64,000 bases of DNA, from positions 288,001 through 352,000 of the forward strand of contig CBDCOH010000002.1 of NCBI GenBank assembly GCA_965219685.1, given 5' to 3'. Positions 40,424-51,872 of this stretch are shown here, in pieces. The DNA is from Candidatus Spongiisociaceae bacterium. GTDB taxonomy: Bacteria; Actinomycetota; Acidimicrobiia; Spongiisociales; Spongiisociaceae. Position 1 is the stretch's first letter; every line of letters begins with the position of its first letter. The notes under the pieces were generated by a model. It was not told where the DNA came from, searched no databases, and saw nothing but the letters and a program-made list of their open reading frames with translations. Position numbers and translations under genes: made by a program.

Positions 40424-41752
40424 ATGGTCGATAAGGATCCTGTGAAGGCGGTGGGGAGGCCGACCCGGGCATGGCTCCCGCTGCTCGGGGTTCTCCTGGC
40501 GTCGGCTGTGGCCGCGGGCGGGTGCTCGGTGCTCGACTCCACGGTCCTTCCGGACGACGGCTCCCCTCCGGTGTCCGCCGATACGACCGGGACGGCGGGA
40601 GTGGACTCGCCTTCCGGGTCGGCCGATCCCCCCGTGCCGGATACGGCGGCTCCGGTCGAGCCTCCCGGAGACGCGGCGGATGCGCCAACGTCGACCGCGC
40701 CGACGACGACCACTCTTCCGTACGTCGAACCGTCGCGCGAGTGGACGTTGCTCGCCGGCGGTGACGTGCTGATGGACCGGTCCGAGCCGTCGGGTGTGGA
40801 TCCGTTCGAGTTCATCGAACCTACCCTGGACTCTGCGGACCTGGCGGTTGTCAACTCGGAGATGGCGATCAGCGACCGCGGCGAGCCCCTCGACAAACAG
40901 TACGTTTTCCGCGCTCCGCCTTCAGCCGCCCGGCGGATCGCCTCGGCCGGGATCGATGTCGTCAGCCTGGCCAACAACCACGCCATGGACTACGGTCCGG
41001 CCGCGCTGGTGGACACCGTCGACCTGCTGGAGAGTGCCGGTGTGATCGCTCTCGGGGCCGGGGCCGACAGGACGGACGCCTACCGCTACCGGATTCTGCC
41101 TGTCTACGACGATGTGCACGTCGCCTTCGTGGGCGTCTCCATGATCGTTCCCCGGGGTTTCCCGGCCGGTCCTGATTCTGCGGGAATCGCGTCGGCGCGC
41201 CCGCCGTCCCGGGTTCTGGACAGCGTCCGGTCGGCCTCCCGGCTCTCAGACGTGGTCATCGCCGTGGTCCACTGGGGGGTTGAGCGCAGCACCTGTCCGA
41301 GCGACGCGCAGCGGGCGTTCGCCAGGGACCTGATGGACGCCGGCGCCGACGCGGTGATCGGTCACCATCCCCACGTCCTGCAGCCGGTCGAATTCGCCGG
41401 AGGCAGGCTGGTCGCCTATTCCCTGGGCAACTTCGTGTGGCATCCGAGATGGGGCATCACGGGCGAGACCGGCGTGCTGCAGATCGACTTCGACGCGGAT
41501 GAGATCGTGGGTTGGACCTTCCATCCGCACCTGCTCGACGACAACGGCGCGCCGGTTCCTGTGAACGGGGGCGGCCGGTTTGACCGGATCGTCGACATCA
41601 TCGGCGGTGACTGCGAGCGGCACCAGCCGCCGCCGCCGTCAACCACCACCACCACGTCGACGGTGACCGCGACGTCCACCACAGAGCCGGCTCCTAGCGA
41701 GACTTCAACGACATCTATGGAAGCGACGGACACCACCACCGTCGACGGCTAG
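40424..41752 (+). CDS. CapA/PGA_cap family metallophosphoesterase lipoprotein
   Basis: Lipobox AAGGC; GDVLM, VVNSE, SLANNHAMDYG, VHWGVE, GHHPHVLQ, YSLGNF; Thr/Pro-rich linkers. Start uncertain. Confidence 0.9.
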   Translation: MVDKDPVKAVGRPTRAWLPLLGVLLASAVAAGGCSVLDSTVLPDDGSPPVSADTTGTAGVDSPSGSADPPVPDTAAPVEPPGDAADAPTSTAPTTTTLPYVEPSREWTLLAGGDVLMDRSEPSGVDPFEFIEPTLDSADLAVVNSEMAISDRGEPLDKQYVFRAPPSAARRIASAGIDVVSLANNHAMDYGPAALVDTVDLLESAGVIALGAGADRTDAYRYRILPVYDDVHVAFVGVSMIVPRGFPAGPDSAGIASARPPSRVLDSVRSASRLSDVVIAVVHWGVERSTCPSDAQRAFARDLMDAGADAVIGHHPHVLQPVEFAGGRLVAYSLGNFVWHPRWGITGETGVLQIDFDADEIVGWTFHPHLLDDNGAPVPVNGGGRFDRIVDIIGGDCERHQPPPPSTTTTTSTVTATSTTEPAPSETSTTSMEATDTTTVDG

Positions 41753-41925
41753 CCCTCCCGACACACCGCCCGGACTCCCTATTGGTACCTTGCAGTAACG
41801 GTGTTGGCGGAGTGGCCAACGTCGGCCGCGAAGGGCTCAGCTTGTCCGGTTCTATTAGGGAATGTCGCTGTGGGCTGATAGTGTTGTTTGTAGTGAGTGA
41901 CCTAGGAGGAAGCGAGCCTCTTGCC

Positions 41926-42177
41926 ATGGTGTTGGCCGAGCGGGCACCGAGTGTTGAGAGCCCGAGGACCATTAGCCCGCGTGCTGGGACCGATCACGAT
42001 GTGGAGGTCTTCGTCCTGAACCCCGGAGAGCTCGAGGAGACGATCAGCCGCACCCTCGACAGCGCGGGATGCACGTTGGACCAATTGCGAGAAGAGGCAC
42101 GCTCGGGCGAGTTCTCCAGCGAGTCCAACTGGCGCCTGTGGTTCTGCATTTCTCCTTTTGTCGAGCCAGCACGCTGA
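41926..42177 (+). CDS. Small acidic hypothetical protein (candidate antitoxin)
   Basis: AGGAGG upstream; 83 aa; helical ...TLDSAGCTLDQLREEARSGEFSSESNWRLWF; overlaps the next gene by 20 nt. Confidence 0.65.
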   Translation: MVLAERAPSVESPRTISPRAGTDHDVEVFVLNPGELEETISRTLDSAGCTLDQLREEARSGEFSSESNWRLWFCISPFVEPAR

Positions 42178-42820
42178 CCTTAGGAACCAAGCCCGACAGT
42201 TCGCGGGCGATGTCAGCGAGCTCCTGAACGGCACCATCACCCAAGGCATTCGTATCTCCGTGGGCATGACTCCCGCGGGGGTAGCCTTGGTCGGCTACGG
42301 AGTCACCCCAAAGAAATTGGTGTCGTCGTCTATCGAGTTGAGGACTCGACAGCCCCGAACGTCGCCCTACCTGTACGTTGCGTACGCGTTGGACATTGAC
42401 GAACGGGACGGCGGGTTCCTGACGGTCGCCAAGAGCACCTACGGTCTGGGAGTAACCAAGACGGAGTCGGACATCCGCTACGACTATGTACGTAGCCCTG
42501 CGAATGAGTATCCGGAGGCCCATCTGCATATTCGCGGGATCAGCGAAGCGCTTACTGGTCTCGTGAGTGCCGGTTGGGCAGATCGGCAACCCCAGAGACT
42601 TCACCTGCCTGTCGGTGGCCGCCGGTTCCGGCCGTGTCTGGAGGACATCATCGAGTTCTGCATTGTGGAGAAGCTTGTCGCGTCGCCACCGGAGAACTGG
42701 AAGACGGTCCTTGACGCCCACCGCGATGAGTTCTATAGCAAGCAGCTCAAGTCTGCCGTACGTCGCGATGCCCAAGCCGCGGTCGCGGCGTTGAGGCAGC
42801 AAGGTTTCTGCGTTTCCTAA
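42158..42820 (+). CDS. Hypothetical protein with RYDY...P-x-AHLH...LHLPVGGRRFRP motifs (candidate toxin/effector)
   Basis: 220-codon ORF with lower GC3 than its neighbours and enzyme-like His/Arg clusters. Confidence 0.75.
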   Translation: MSSQHADLRNQARQFAGDVSELLNGTITQGIRISVGMTPAGVALVGYGVTPKKLVSSSIELRTRQPRTSPYLYVAYALDIDERDGGFLTVAKSTYGLGVTKTESDIRYDYVRSPANEYPEAHLHIRGISEALTGLVSAGWADRQPQRLHLPVGGRRFRPCLEDIIEFCIVEKLVASPPENWKTVLDAHRDEFYSKQLKSAVRRDAQAAVAALRQQGFCVS

Positions 42821-42844
42821 TCCAATGACCTAATCTGATCCGCT

Positions 42845-45465
<2,621 letters not shown>

Positions 45466-45466
<1 letters not shown>

Positions 45467-45921
45467 TGGCCGACCCGGCTGCGCGGACTGCCCGACCGTC
45501 CGGCCGGACCTTGGGGATCGACTACGGCCGAAGGAGGGTCGGCCTCGCCCTGTCGGACGGCTTGGGTCTGGCCGCTCACCCGTTCGAGGTGCTGGAGGCG
45601 GGTCCCGACTTGACCGCCCGGCTGGCGGAACTCGCCCTCGAGAACGATGTGACCCGGATCGTCGTCGGGCTGCCGGTCTCACTCGACGGATCGGAAGGGC
45701 CCTCCGCCGGGGCTGCGAGACGTTTCGCAGAACGGCTGGCGGAGTCGCTGGATGCGCCCGTGGTGCTGTACGACGAGCGCTTCACCTCCCGGATCGCCGA
45801 GGAGGCGCTGCTGGAAGCGGGTGTTTCCAGAGCCGGCCGGAGGAACAGGGTGGACAAGGTGGCGGCAGCGATCATGCTCCAGGGCTATTTGGACCACCAG
45901 GCCCGGAAGGCGCCCGCATGA
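45466..45921 (+). CDS. ruvX: Holliday junction resolvase-like / pre-16S rRNA nuclease YqgF
   Basis: LGIDYGRRRVGLALSD, VVGLP, DERFTS, VDKVAAAIMLQ. Confidence 0.95.
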
Positions 45922-47048
45922 GCTACCCGCCCGACCTGCTCCCCGAGGATCGCGATTACACGGAGGACCGCGTCGCCGCGAGGGTCAAGGGTACGGTGAT
46001 CGCCCTGCTGGTGAGCGCGGTCGTGGTTTACGGGCTGATCCTGGGGGGTCGGCAGGCGGGTGACTGGGTGAGCGGGTTGGAAAGGTTCGGGGCCGAGGAG
46101 GAGGTCGTCGAGGTACAGCCCGGCCGGACCGTCAGGCTGGAGATCCCGGTCGGATCCACCGCGAGGGGCATAGCGGGCATCCTCGTCGACAACGGGGTGG
46201 TCAGATCGGCTTCCGCATTCGAGTCCGTGGTCCGCTCCCGGGACGCGGGCAGCCTACTGAAGGCGGGCAGGTACGAGTTGGTGACCGGTACCGAACTCGA
46301 GGAGATCGTGGACATTCTGGTGGCCGGTCCGACCATCGAGACTTTCCGGCTGACGATCGTGGAGGGGCGCCGGGTCGGAGAGGTCGTGGCGGACATCGCT
46401 CGCCAGAGTGAGTTCTCGGAGACCGAACTGGTCGATACCCTGCTGGAGGGCGATATCAGGTCGGCTTACCTGCCGGGGGACGTCGAGGGACTTCCTGCCT
46501 GGGAAGGCCTTCTCTTCCCGGCCACCTACGAATTCTTCACCGACGCCACCGCCGAGGAGATACTGCAACGGCTGGCCGACGAGACCGAGCGTCGCATCGA
46601 CCGGCTCAACTGGACGTCCGTGCGACTCAGGGGCTATTCGGTCTACGAGGGGCTCGTGATCGCCTCGATAGTCGAAGCGGAGGCCGGGATCGACGAGGAC
46701 CGTCCCCTCATCGCCAGCGTGATCTACAACCGGCTGGGCGAGAGCTATCCCCTGGAGATCGATGCCACCGTCCTCTATGCGATGGGAAAACGGGGGATAG
46801 GGCTGACCCTCGACGACCTCGAGTTCGTTTCGCCGTACAACACCTACCGGGTAGCCGGCCTTCCGCCCACTCCGATCGGTACGCCGGGTTCCCGGTCCTT
46901 GGAGGCAGCTGCCGATCCGGCCGACAGCGAGTACTGGTACTACGTTCTCGTGTCGGAGGAAGGTGCGCACGGCTTCTTCCCGCAATCCGACTACGACGGT
47001 TTCCTGGAAGCGAAGCGTCAGGCTCAGGAACAAGGTATCGGGGTGTGA
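45918..47048 (+). CDS. mltG: Endolytic transglycosylase
   Basis: TM anchor; EGLLFPATY, IASIVEAE, SPYNTY, GLPPTPI. Confidence 0.93.
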   Translation: MSYPPDLLPEDRDYTEDRVAARVKGTVIALLVSAVVVYGLILGGRQAGDWVSGLERFGAEEEVVEVQPGRTVRLEIPVGSTARGIAGILVDNGVVRSASAFESVVRSRDAGSLLKAGRYELVTGTELEEIVDILVAGPTIETFRLTIVEGRRVGEVVADIARQSEFSETELVDTLLEGDIRSAYLPGDVEGLPAWEGLLFPATYEFFTDATAEEILQRLADETERRIDRLNWTSVRLRGYSVYEGLVIASIVEAEAGIDEDRPLIASVIYNRLGESYPLEIDATVLYAMGKRGIGLTLDDLEFVSPYNTYRVAGLPPTPIGTPGSRSLEAAADPADSEYWYYVLVSEEGAHGFFPQSDYDGFLEAKRQAQEQGIGV

Positions 47049-47854
47049 AACCGCTGAGGCTGGCTGTCCTGGGTGACCCGGTGGCTCACTCACTCTCCCC
47101 CCGGATCCAGCGCGCTGCTCTCGCCTACGCAGGGATCGAGGGGACGTACATTCGCCGCCGGGTCGACCCCGACGGTATGCAGGGCGCGGCCGGGGACATA
47201 AGGAGCGGGAGGCTGGACGGCGCGAACGTGACCATGCCCCACAAGGGGCTCGCGGCGCGGCTCGCCGACGACCGCTCGCCCGAGGCCCGGCGCTGCGCCG
47301 GCGCCAACACCCTCTGGATGGAGGGCGGGCGCCTGCGGGCGCACACCACCGATCCCGACGGGGTGCGTTTCGCATGGGAGCACGCCGGGCTGCCGGAAGA
47401 CGCTCCGGTCCTGCTCCTCGGCGCCGGTGGAGCCGCCGCGGCCGCTCTGGCCGCCCTGGACGGTAGGGAGTGCAGGGTCTCGGCGCGGCGGGAGGAGGCG
47501 GCCCGCGCCCTGGTGAATCAGGTCAACCCCGAAGCGCCGCTGATCGACTGGGGCAGGGGGGTTCCCGGAGCCGTGGTCGTCAACGCCACCCCTCTGGGCA
47601 TGGCGGGCGACAGCCTGCCCTCCGGCGTTCTCGACGGGGCGGTCGGTCTGCTGGAGATGGCCTACGGAGGGGGAGAGACTCCCGCCGGGGTCCTCCTGCG
47701 CTCACGAGGATGCCCGGTGGCGCCGGGGGAGCTGATGCTGGTCGGCCAGGGGGTTGCGTCCTTCGCGATATGGACCGGGGTCAAGGTCCCCCCGGAGGTG
47801 ATGCTGGCCGCCCTCGACGAGATACGCGAGCCCGCGGCAGCCGACAGTCCGTAG
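47045..47854 (+). CDS. aroE: Shikimate dehydrogenase
   Basis: GDPVAHSLSP, NVTMPHK, GAGGAA, VNATPLG. Confidence 0.93.
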   Translation: MKPLRLAVLGDPVAHSLSPRIQRAALAYAGIEGTYIRRRVDPDGMQGAAGDIRSGRLDGANVTMPHKGLAARLADDRSPEARRCAGANTLWMEGGRLRAHTTDPDGVRFAWEHAGLPEDAPVLLLGAGGAAAAALAALDGRECRVSARREEAARALVNQVNPEAPLIDWGRGVPGAVVVNATPLGMAGDSLPSGVLDGAVGLLEMAYGGGETPAGVLLRSRGCPVAPGELMLVGQGVASFAIWTGVKVPPEVMLAALDEIREPAAADSP

Positions 47855-48604
47855 GTGTTCGCCAACCTGGTGGCCGCGGTGGCCGGACTCGTGCTGGGCC
47901 GTTACCTTTCCGCAGCCGTGGTGGCGGTGCCCGCCGGCACGCCGGTCCACAGGGTGGTGGGCGCCCGGCCCCGTTGTGGCTGCCGAACGGGGTGGTGGGG
48001 CTTCCTGCCCATCGTCTGGTGGGTCGGCCGCAGGGGTAGATGCCCACGGTGCGGGGCCCTGCCAGGCGTCATCCATCCGCTCGTCGAGGTGGTGACCGCG
48101 GCCGCGGTCGCCGGGACCGTCCACTTCGTGGGGCCGGTCTGGTCCCTCCCGGCCTACCTGTGGTTTGCCGCGGTGACCGTGGTGCTCGGGTTCATCGACC
48201 TCGGCCACCATCTGATACCGAACCGTATCCTGGTCCCCGGGACATTCGTGGCTCTCGTATTGCTTGCTGCGGGAGCGGCGCTGGAGGGACGGCTCGGCGA
48301 CCTGCCCGAGGCTCTCGCGACCGGCCTCGGATACTTCGCAGTTCTGCTCGTGGCGGCCCTGCTGACGAGAGGCGCCATCGGCATGGGCGATGTCAAGCTG
48401 GCCTTCCTGCTGGGAGTGTTCGCAGGCTTCGGCGGGTGGGAGGTGGCAGTCCCGGCGGGAGTGGGAGCGTTCCTCCTCGCCGGCCTGGTCTCGGTGATTC
48501 TGATCGCGCTCGGGAGGCTCACCCGCAACGACCATATCCCGTTTGGTCCCTTCATGGTGGCCGCTGCATGGATAGCCATCGCCCGGGACCTCGGGGGAGC
48601 GTAG
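47855..48604 (+). CDS. pilD: Prepilin peptidase (A24 family)
   Basis: GRCPRCG, PLVEV, FIDLGHHLIPN, GMGDVKL, IPFGPF. Confidence 0.88.
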   Translation: MFANLVAAVAGLVLGRYLSAAVVAVPAGTPVHRVVGARPRCGCRTGWWGFLPIVWWVGRRGRCPRCGALPGVIHPLVEVVTAAAVAGTVHFVGPVWSLPAYLWFAAVTVVLGFIDLGHHLIPNRILVPGTFVALVLLAAGAALEGRLGDLPEALATGLGYFAVLLVAALLTRGAIGMGDVKLAFLLGVFAGFGGWEVAVPAGVGAFLLAGLVSVILIALGRLTRNDHIPFGPFMVAAAWIAIARDLGGA

Positions 48605-48633
48605 ACGCCCCGAGAGTCGAGTGAGTGGATCCG

Positions 48634-48668
48634 AGCCAGCAACTAATAACCAATAACTACCAACTAAA
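48634..48668. repeat. Heptamer array containing the maoC-like stop codon
   Basis: AGCCAGC AACTAAT AACCAAT AACTACC AACTAAA; G/T-rich on the coding (-) strand. Confidence 0.75.
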
Positions 48669-49098
48669 GGTACCTGATTATGTGAGTCGCGACGGCGACG
48701 GTCTCTCCGTTCTGGTTGGTGGCGACCACGTCGGCCAGAGCCCGGGAGCGGGCCGCCTGCAGGGAAGAGATCCTGTAGGTGACCGTCACGGTGTCGCCAA
48801 TCCTCACCGGTGCCGTGAACCGGACCCGGTCGTATCCGAGGCTGACGGCGTGCTCCCCGGATCGGGCGATCATCATCCCGGCGGTCGTGGACATGAAGCC
48901 CACCATCAGGGCGCCGTGGGCGATGCGGGTGCCGAACCGGCCTGACTTCATGACCTCCTCGTTGACATGCATCTCGTAGAAGTCGCCGGTGACGCCGGCG
49001 AACAGGTATATGTCGGTCTCGCCGACCGTCTTGGTGAAGCTGACCTCGTCGCCGATCCGGAGCGAGCCCAGACCCGTGGCTGTGCTTTCGTGGGTCAC
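48664..49098 (-). CDS. MaoC-family (R)-hydratase / hotdog-fold dehydratase
   Basis: FAGVTGDFYEMH, RIAHGAL, RFTAPVRIGDTV; GGGAGG RBS. Confidence 0.9.
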   Translation of the reverse strand: MTHESTATGLGSLRIGDEVSFTKTVGETDIYLFAGVTGDFYEMHVNEEVMKSGRFGTRIAHGALMVGFMSTTAGMMIARSGEHAVSLGYDRVRFTAPVRIGDTVTVTYRISSLQAARSRALADVVATNQNGETVAVATHIIRYL

Positions 49099-49268
49099 CG
49101 TGCACCTCCCGTCGGCCGCTAGCTTACCGGTCGGCGCCGCGGTGCCCTTTACCGGGCCGGTGCCACGTTCAGAGTCCCAGGGAGTGGTAAGAACGGTGGT
49201 GGACGGGGCGCCGCACGCTAATAGCCTGTCCGGGTGTCGATACCGAGCGAGGATGGGAGCTTACCGGA

Positions 49269-50213
49269 GTGGACTACGGGCTGGGGCTCCTGACAACCGG
49301 TTCATACCGGAGCGTTCTGGGGGCCGCCCAGTGGGCGGACACCCTAGGACTGGTCAGTTTCGCGGTTCCTGATCACTACCTGGACGAGTCGCCGGCGGCT
49401 CGCCCCACGCTCGATGCCTTCGCCGTCCTGGCGGGCGTGGCGCGGGAGACCGCCGGAATCGAGTTGGCGGTCATGCTCAGCCCCATCACGTTCAGGCATC
49501 CGGCCGTACTGGCCAAGTCGGCCGTCACCATCGACCGGATGTCCGGGGGCCGGTTCCTGCTGGGTGTGGGGACCGGGTGGTTCGAGAGGGAACACACAGT
49601 GATGGGGCTGGAACTTCCGTCTCTGGACGAGCGATTCGACCGGCTGGAGGACGCCCTCGGCTATCTCAGGGCTGCCTTCCTGCCGGAACCGGCGGCTTAT
49701 GCGGGCCGGTTCTACCGCCTGGAGCGACACCCGGTCCAGCCGCCGCCGAGTCGGAGGGTTCAGATCGTGGTGGGTGGTACCGGACCGAGACGGACGCCGA
49801 GGCTGGCCGGGCTCCACGCTGACGAGTTGAACATCCACTCCACTCCGGTGGAGGGAGTAGCCTCCCGGGTATGCCGGGCCCGGGAGGCGGCGGCGGGGGC
49901 GGGACGTGATCCGGCCGGGTTACGGGTCAGCTATTCGAGTGCGGTGGTGGCAGGTCCCAGCCCGAGCGAGTACCGGCGGCGCCTGGACCGAGCCGCCCTG
50001 TGCGAGCGGGTGGAGCCGGACCGGCTCGAGCGCCGGATGGCGCAGCGGAACACCCTCCACGGAACCTACCGGCAGGTGGAGGAGGTGCTCGGTCTGCTGG
50101 GGGAGGCGGGAGTCAGCCGCTTCTACATCCAGCGACCGCTCGACGCGGACCTCGACGAGACCGGCGAGATCCTCGAGGGCATCGGCTTCCGGGCGGGCAC
50201 GCCGCGCCCCTAA
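49269..50213 (+). CDS. LLM-class (probably F420-dependent) oxidoreductase
   Basis: VPDH, FRHPAVLAK, DRMSGGRFLLGVGTGW, IVVGGTG. Confidence 0.88.
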   Translation: MDYGLGLLTTGSYRSVLGAAQWADTLGLVSFAVPDHYLDESPAARPTLDAFAVLAGVARETAGIELAVMLSPITFRHPAVLAKSAVTIDRMSGGRFLLGVGTGWFEREHTVMGLELPSLDERFDRLEDALGYLRAAFLPEPAAYAGRFYRLERHPVQPPPSRRVQIVVGGTGPRRTPRLAGLHADELNIHSTPVEGVASRVCRAREAAAGAGRDPAGLRVSYSSAVVAGPSPSEYRRRLDRAALCERVEPDRLERRMAQRNTLHGTYRQVEEVLGLLGEAGVSRFYIQRPLDADLDETGEILEGIGFRAGTPRP

Positions 50214-50292
50214 TACCCTGGGCCGGGCAGCCGACGGCAGCATCCGACCGGGGCTCTCTCATGCGGGGCCCGACGCTGAAAGGTGGCTTCTG

Positions 50293-51090
50293 GTGGCCGT
50301 TTCCCACGAGCGCCGGTTCCAGTTCGACATACAGGGTTTCCTGCACCTGCGCGGGGCGATGGCCGCCACCGAGGTCCGGGACTGCCTCAACTGGGCGGCG
50401 GCGGCGGAGGAAGCGGACGCCGCAGGGTTGGGGGGAGAGCACCCCGACCGGCTCATCAACCGCCCGGTCTCACGGATCATCGACGTGGATCCCCGCTTCG
50501 CCCGCTTCCTGGACCATCCGGCTGTGTCGGCCTACCTGATCGACTTCCTCGGGCGCCGCTACAAGCACATCGACAACGAGCTCTACTACACGTATCCGGG
50601 ATACGAAGGAGGGCCCTGGCACAGGGGAGTCCGAGCCCACCCGAGCGGCTACGTGGCGGAGGGCCGGTTCACGTGCCCCATGGTCAAGGTCTTCTACTGC
50701 CTGACCGACGTCGGTCCCGGCCAGGGCGAGTTCGCGGTGGTCCCCGGGAGCCACAGAGCCCACTTCGACGTTGACGGTGGCCCCGCCGATCGTGGCGACG
50801 ACCCCCTGCACCGGACGGCCGAGGGTCGGACAGACCTTCCCGGCCAGAAGGTCTTCGACGATGTGGCAGCCGGTGACGTGATCGTATTCAACGAGGGTCT
50901 GCTGCACACCGGCCGCCCCAATCCCTCGGGGAAGACCCGCAAGACGGTAATCGTCAACTTCGGCCGGGAGGACGCCGGCCCGTGGCCCGGCTACCGCCCG
51001 CTACCGGAGACGTTGCGGAGTGTGACTCCTCGCCAGGCCGCCATTCTCAGCAGTCCCGTCGGCGTGTGGGCGGAGCCCGGCGGTCCCTAG
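50293..51090 (+). CDS. PhyH-family Fe(II)/2-oxoglutarate enzyme with HxG instead of HxD
   Basis: QFDIQGFLHL, LDHPAV, WHRG, CLTDVG, VVPGSH, AGDVIVFNEGLLHTGRPN...R. Confidence 0.85.
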   Translation: MAVSHERRFQFDIQGFLHLRGAMAATEVRDCLNWAAAAEEADAAGLGGEHPDRLINRPVSRIIDVDPRFARFLDHPAVSAYLIDFLGRRYKHIDNELYYTYPGYEGGPWHRGVRAHPSGYVAEGRFTCPMVKVFYCLTDVGPGQGEFAVVPGSHRAHFDVDGGPADRGDDPLHRTAEGRTDLPGQKVFDDVAAGDVIVFNEGLLHTGRPNPSGKTRKTVIVNFGREDAGPWPGYRPLPETLRSVTPRQAAILSSPVGVWAEPGGP

Positions 51091-51129
51091 ACGGGGACCG
51101 CACACCGTAAGCAGATCCCGCGATGTATG

Positions 51130-51135
51130 TATAAT
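51130..51135 (+). promoter_or_regulatory. Consensus -10 box (TATAAT), leaderless promoter of vapBC
   Basis: TATAAT 7 nt before ATG 51143; no SD sequence. Confidence 0.7.
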
Positions 51136-51142
51136 AGGGTGT

Positions 51143-51391
51143 ATGCCGAGGATACAGACCTACCTACCGGACGACCTCTATCGGGCGGTCAAGGAATACG
51201 GGCTCGCGCCGTCCAAACTGCTCCAAGAAGCGGTCCGGGTCGAGCTTCGACGCCGGCAGCTCCTTGAGGAAACCGATCAATACCTGGCTGAACTCCTGGA
51301 CGAAGTCGGAGAGCCCACCGCGGAAGAGTTGGCCAGGGCCCGGGCGCTAGCGCTCCGGCTCGCCCGTAGAGCAGAGCGGGCGGCTGGCTGA
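51143..51391 (+). CDS. VapB/CcdA-like antitoxin
   Basis: MPRIQTYLPDDLYRAVKEYGLAPSKLLQEAVR; directly upstream of a PIN gene. Confidence 0.82.
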   Translation: MPRIQTYLPDDLYRAVKEYGLAPSKLLQEAVRVELRRRQLLEETDQYLAELLDEVGEPTAEELARARALALRLARRAERAAG

Positions 51392-51392
51392 A

Positions 51393-51773
51393 TTGTTGGT
51401 TCTCGACTCCGGCGCCATCTCTCGCCTGTCAGAGCCGTCCCGGGTGGCCCGTACCTACGTTATGGAACTCCAGGCCGCCGGTTTGTGGCCGCCGTTGGTG
51501 CCCACACCGGTGATGATCGAGGCGTTGCACGGTGACGCCGCACGGGACGCCATGGCCAACCGGTTACTCAAAACCTGCGACGTGGTCGAGGAGATACCGG
51601 AGGGATTGGCTCGGCGAGCCGCCCGGCTGAGACGGCAGGCGGGCAGAGGATCGGCGATCGACTCGCTGGTGGTTGCCATGGCCGAACCCGGGGGCTCCGT
51701 TCTCACTTCTGACCTCCATGACCTCAATGCCCTGGCGCAGTACGCCCGTGACGTGATCGTCGAACGGGTTTGA
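51393..51773 (+). CDS. vapC: VapC (PIN domain) toxin
   Basis: LVLDSGA, VMIE, SAIDSLVVA, VLTSDLHDL acidic tetrad. Confidence 0.88.
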   Translation: MLVLDSGAISRLSEPSRVARTYVMELQAAGLWPPLVPTPVMIEALHGDAARDAMANRLLKTCDVVEEIPEGLARRAARLRRQAGRGSAIDSLVVAMAEPGGSVLTSDLHDLNALAQYARDVIVERV

Positions 51774-51872
51774 TGACTGCGCGATAAGGTATCGAACCGC
51801 TCGCAGGGCGCCACCTGCCACGACAGGCTTGAGCGGGGGCGTATCGGGGTCCTCATGTCTACCATGCCGGGC

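Noticed and set aside
40424-41752. Poly-gamma-glutamate capsule locus
   Set aside because: Only a CapA-domain gene is present, with no capB/capC; stand-alone CapA proteins are widespread.
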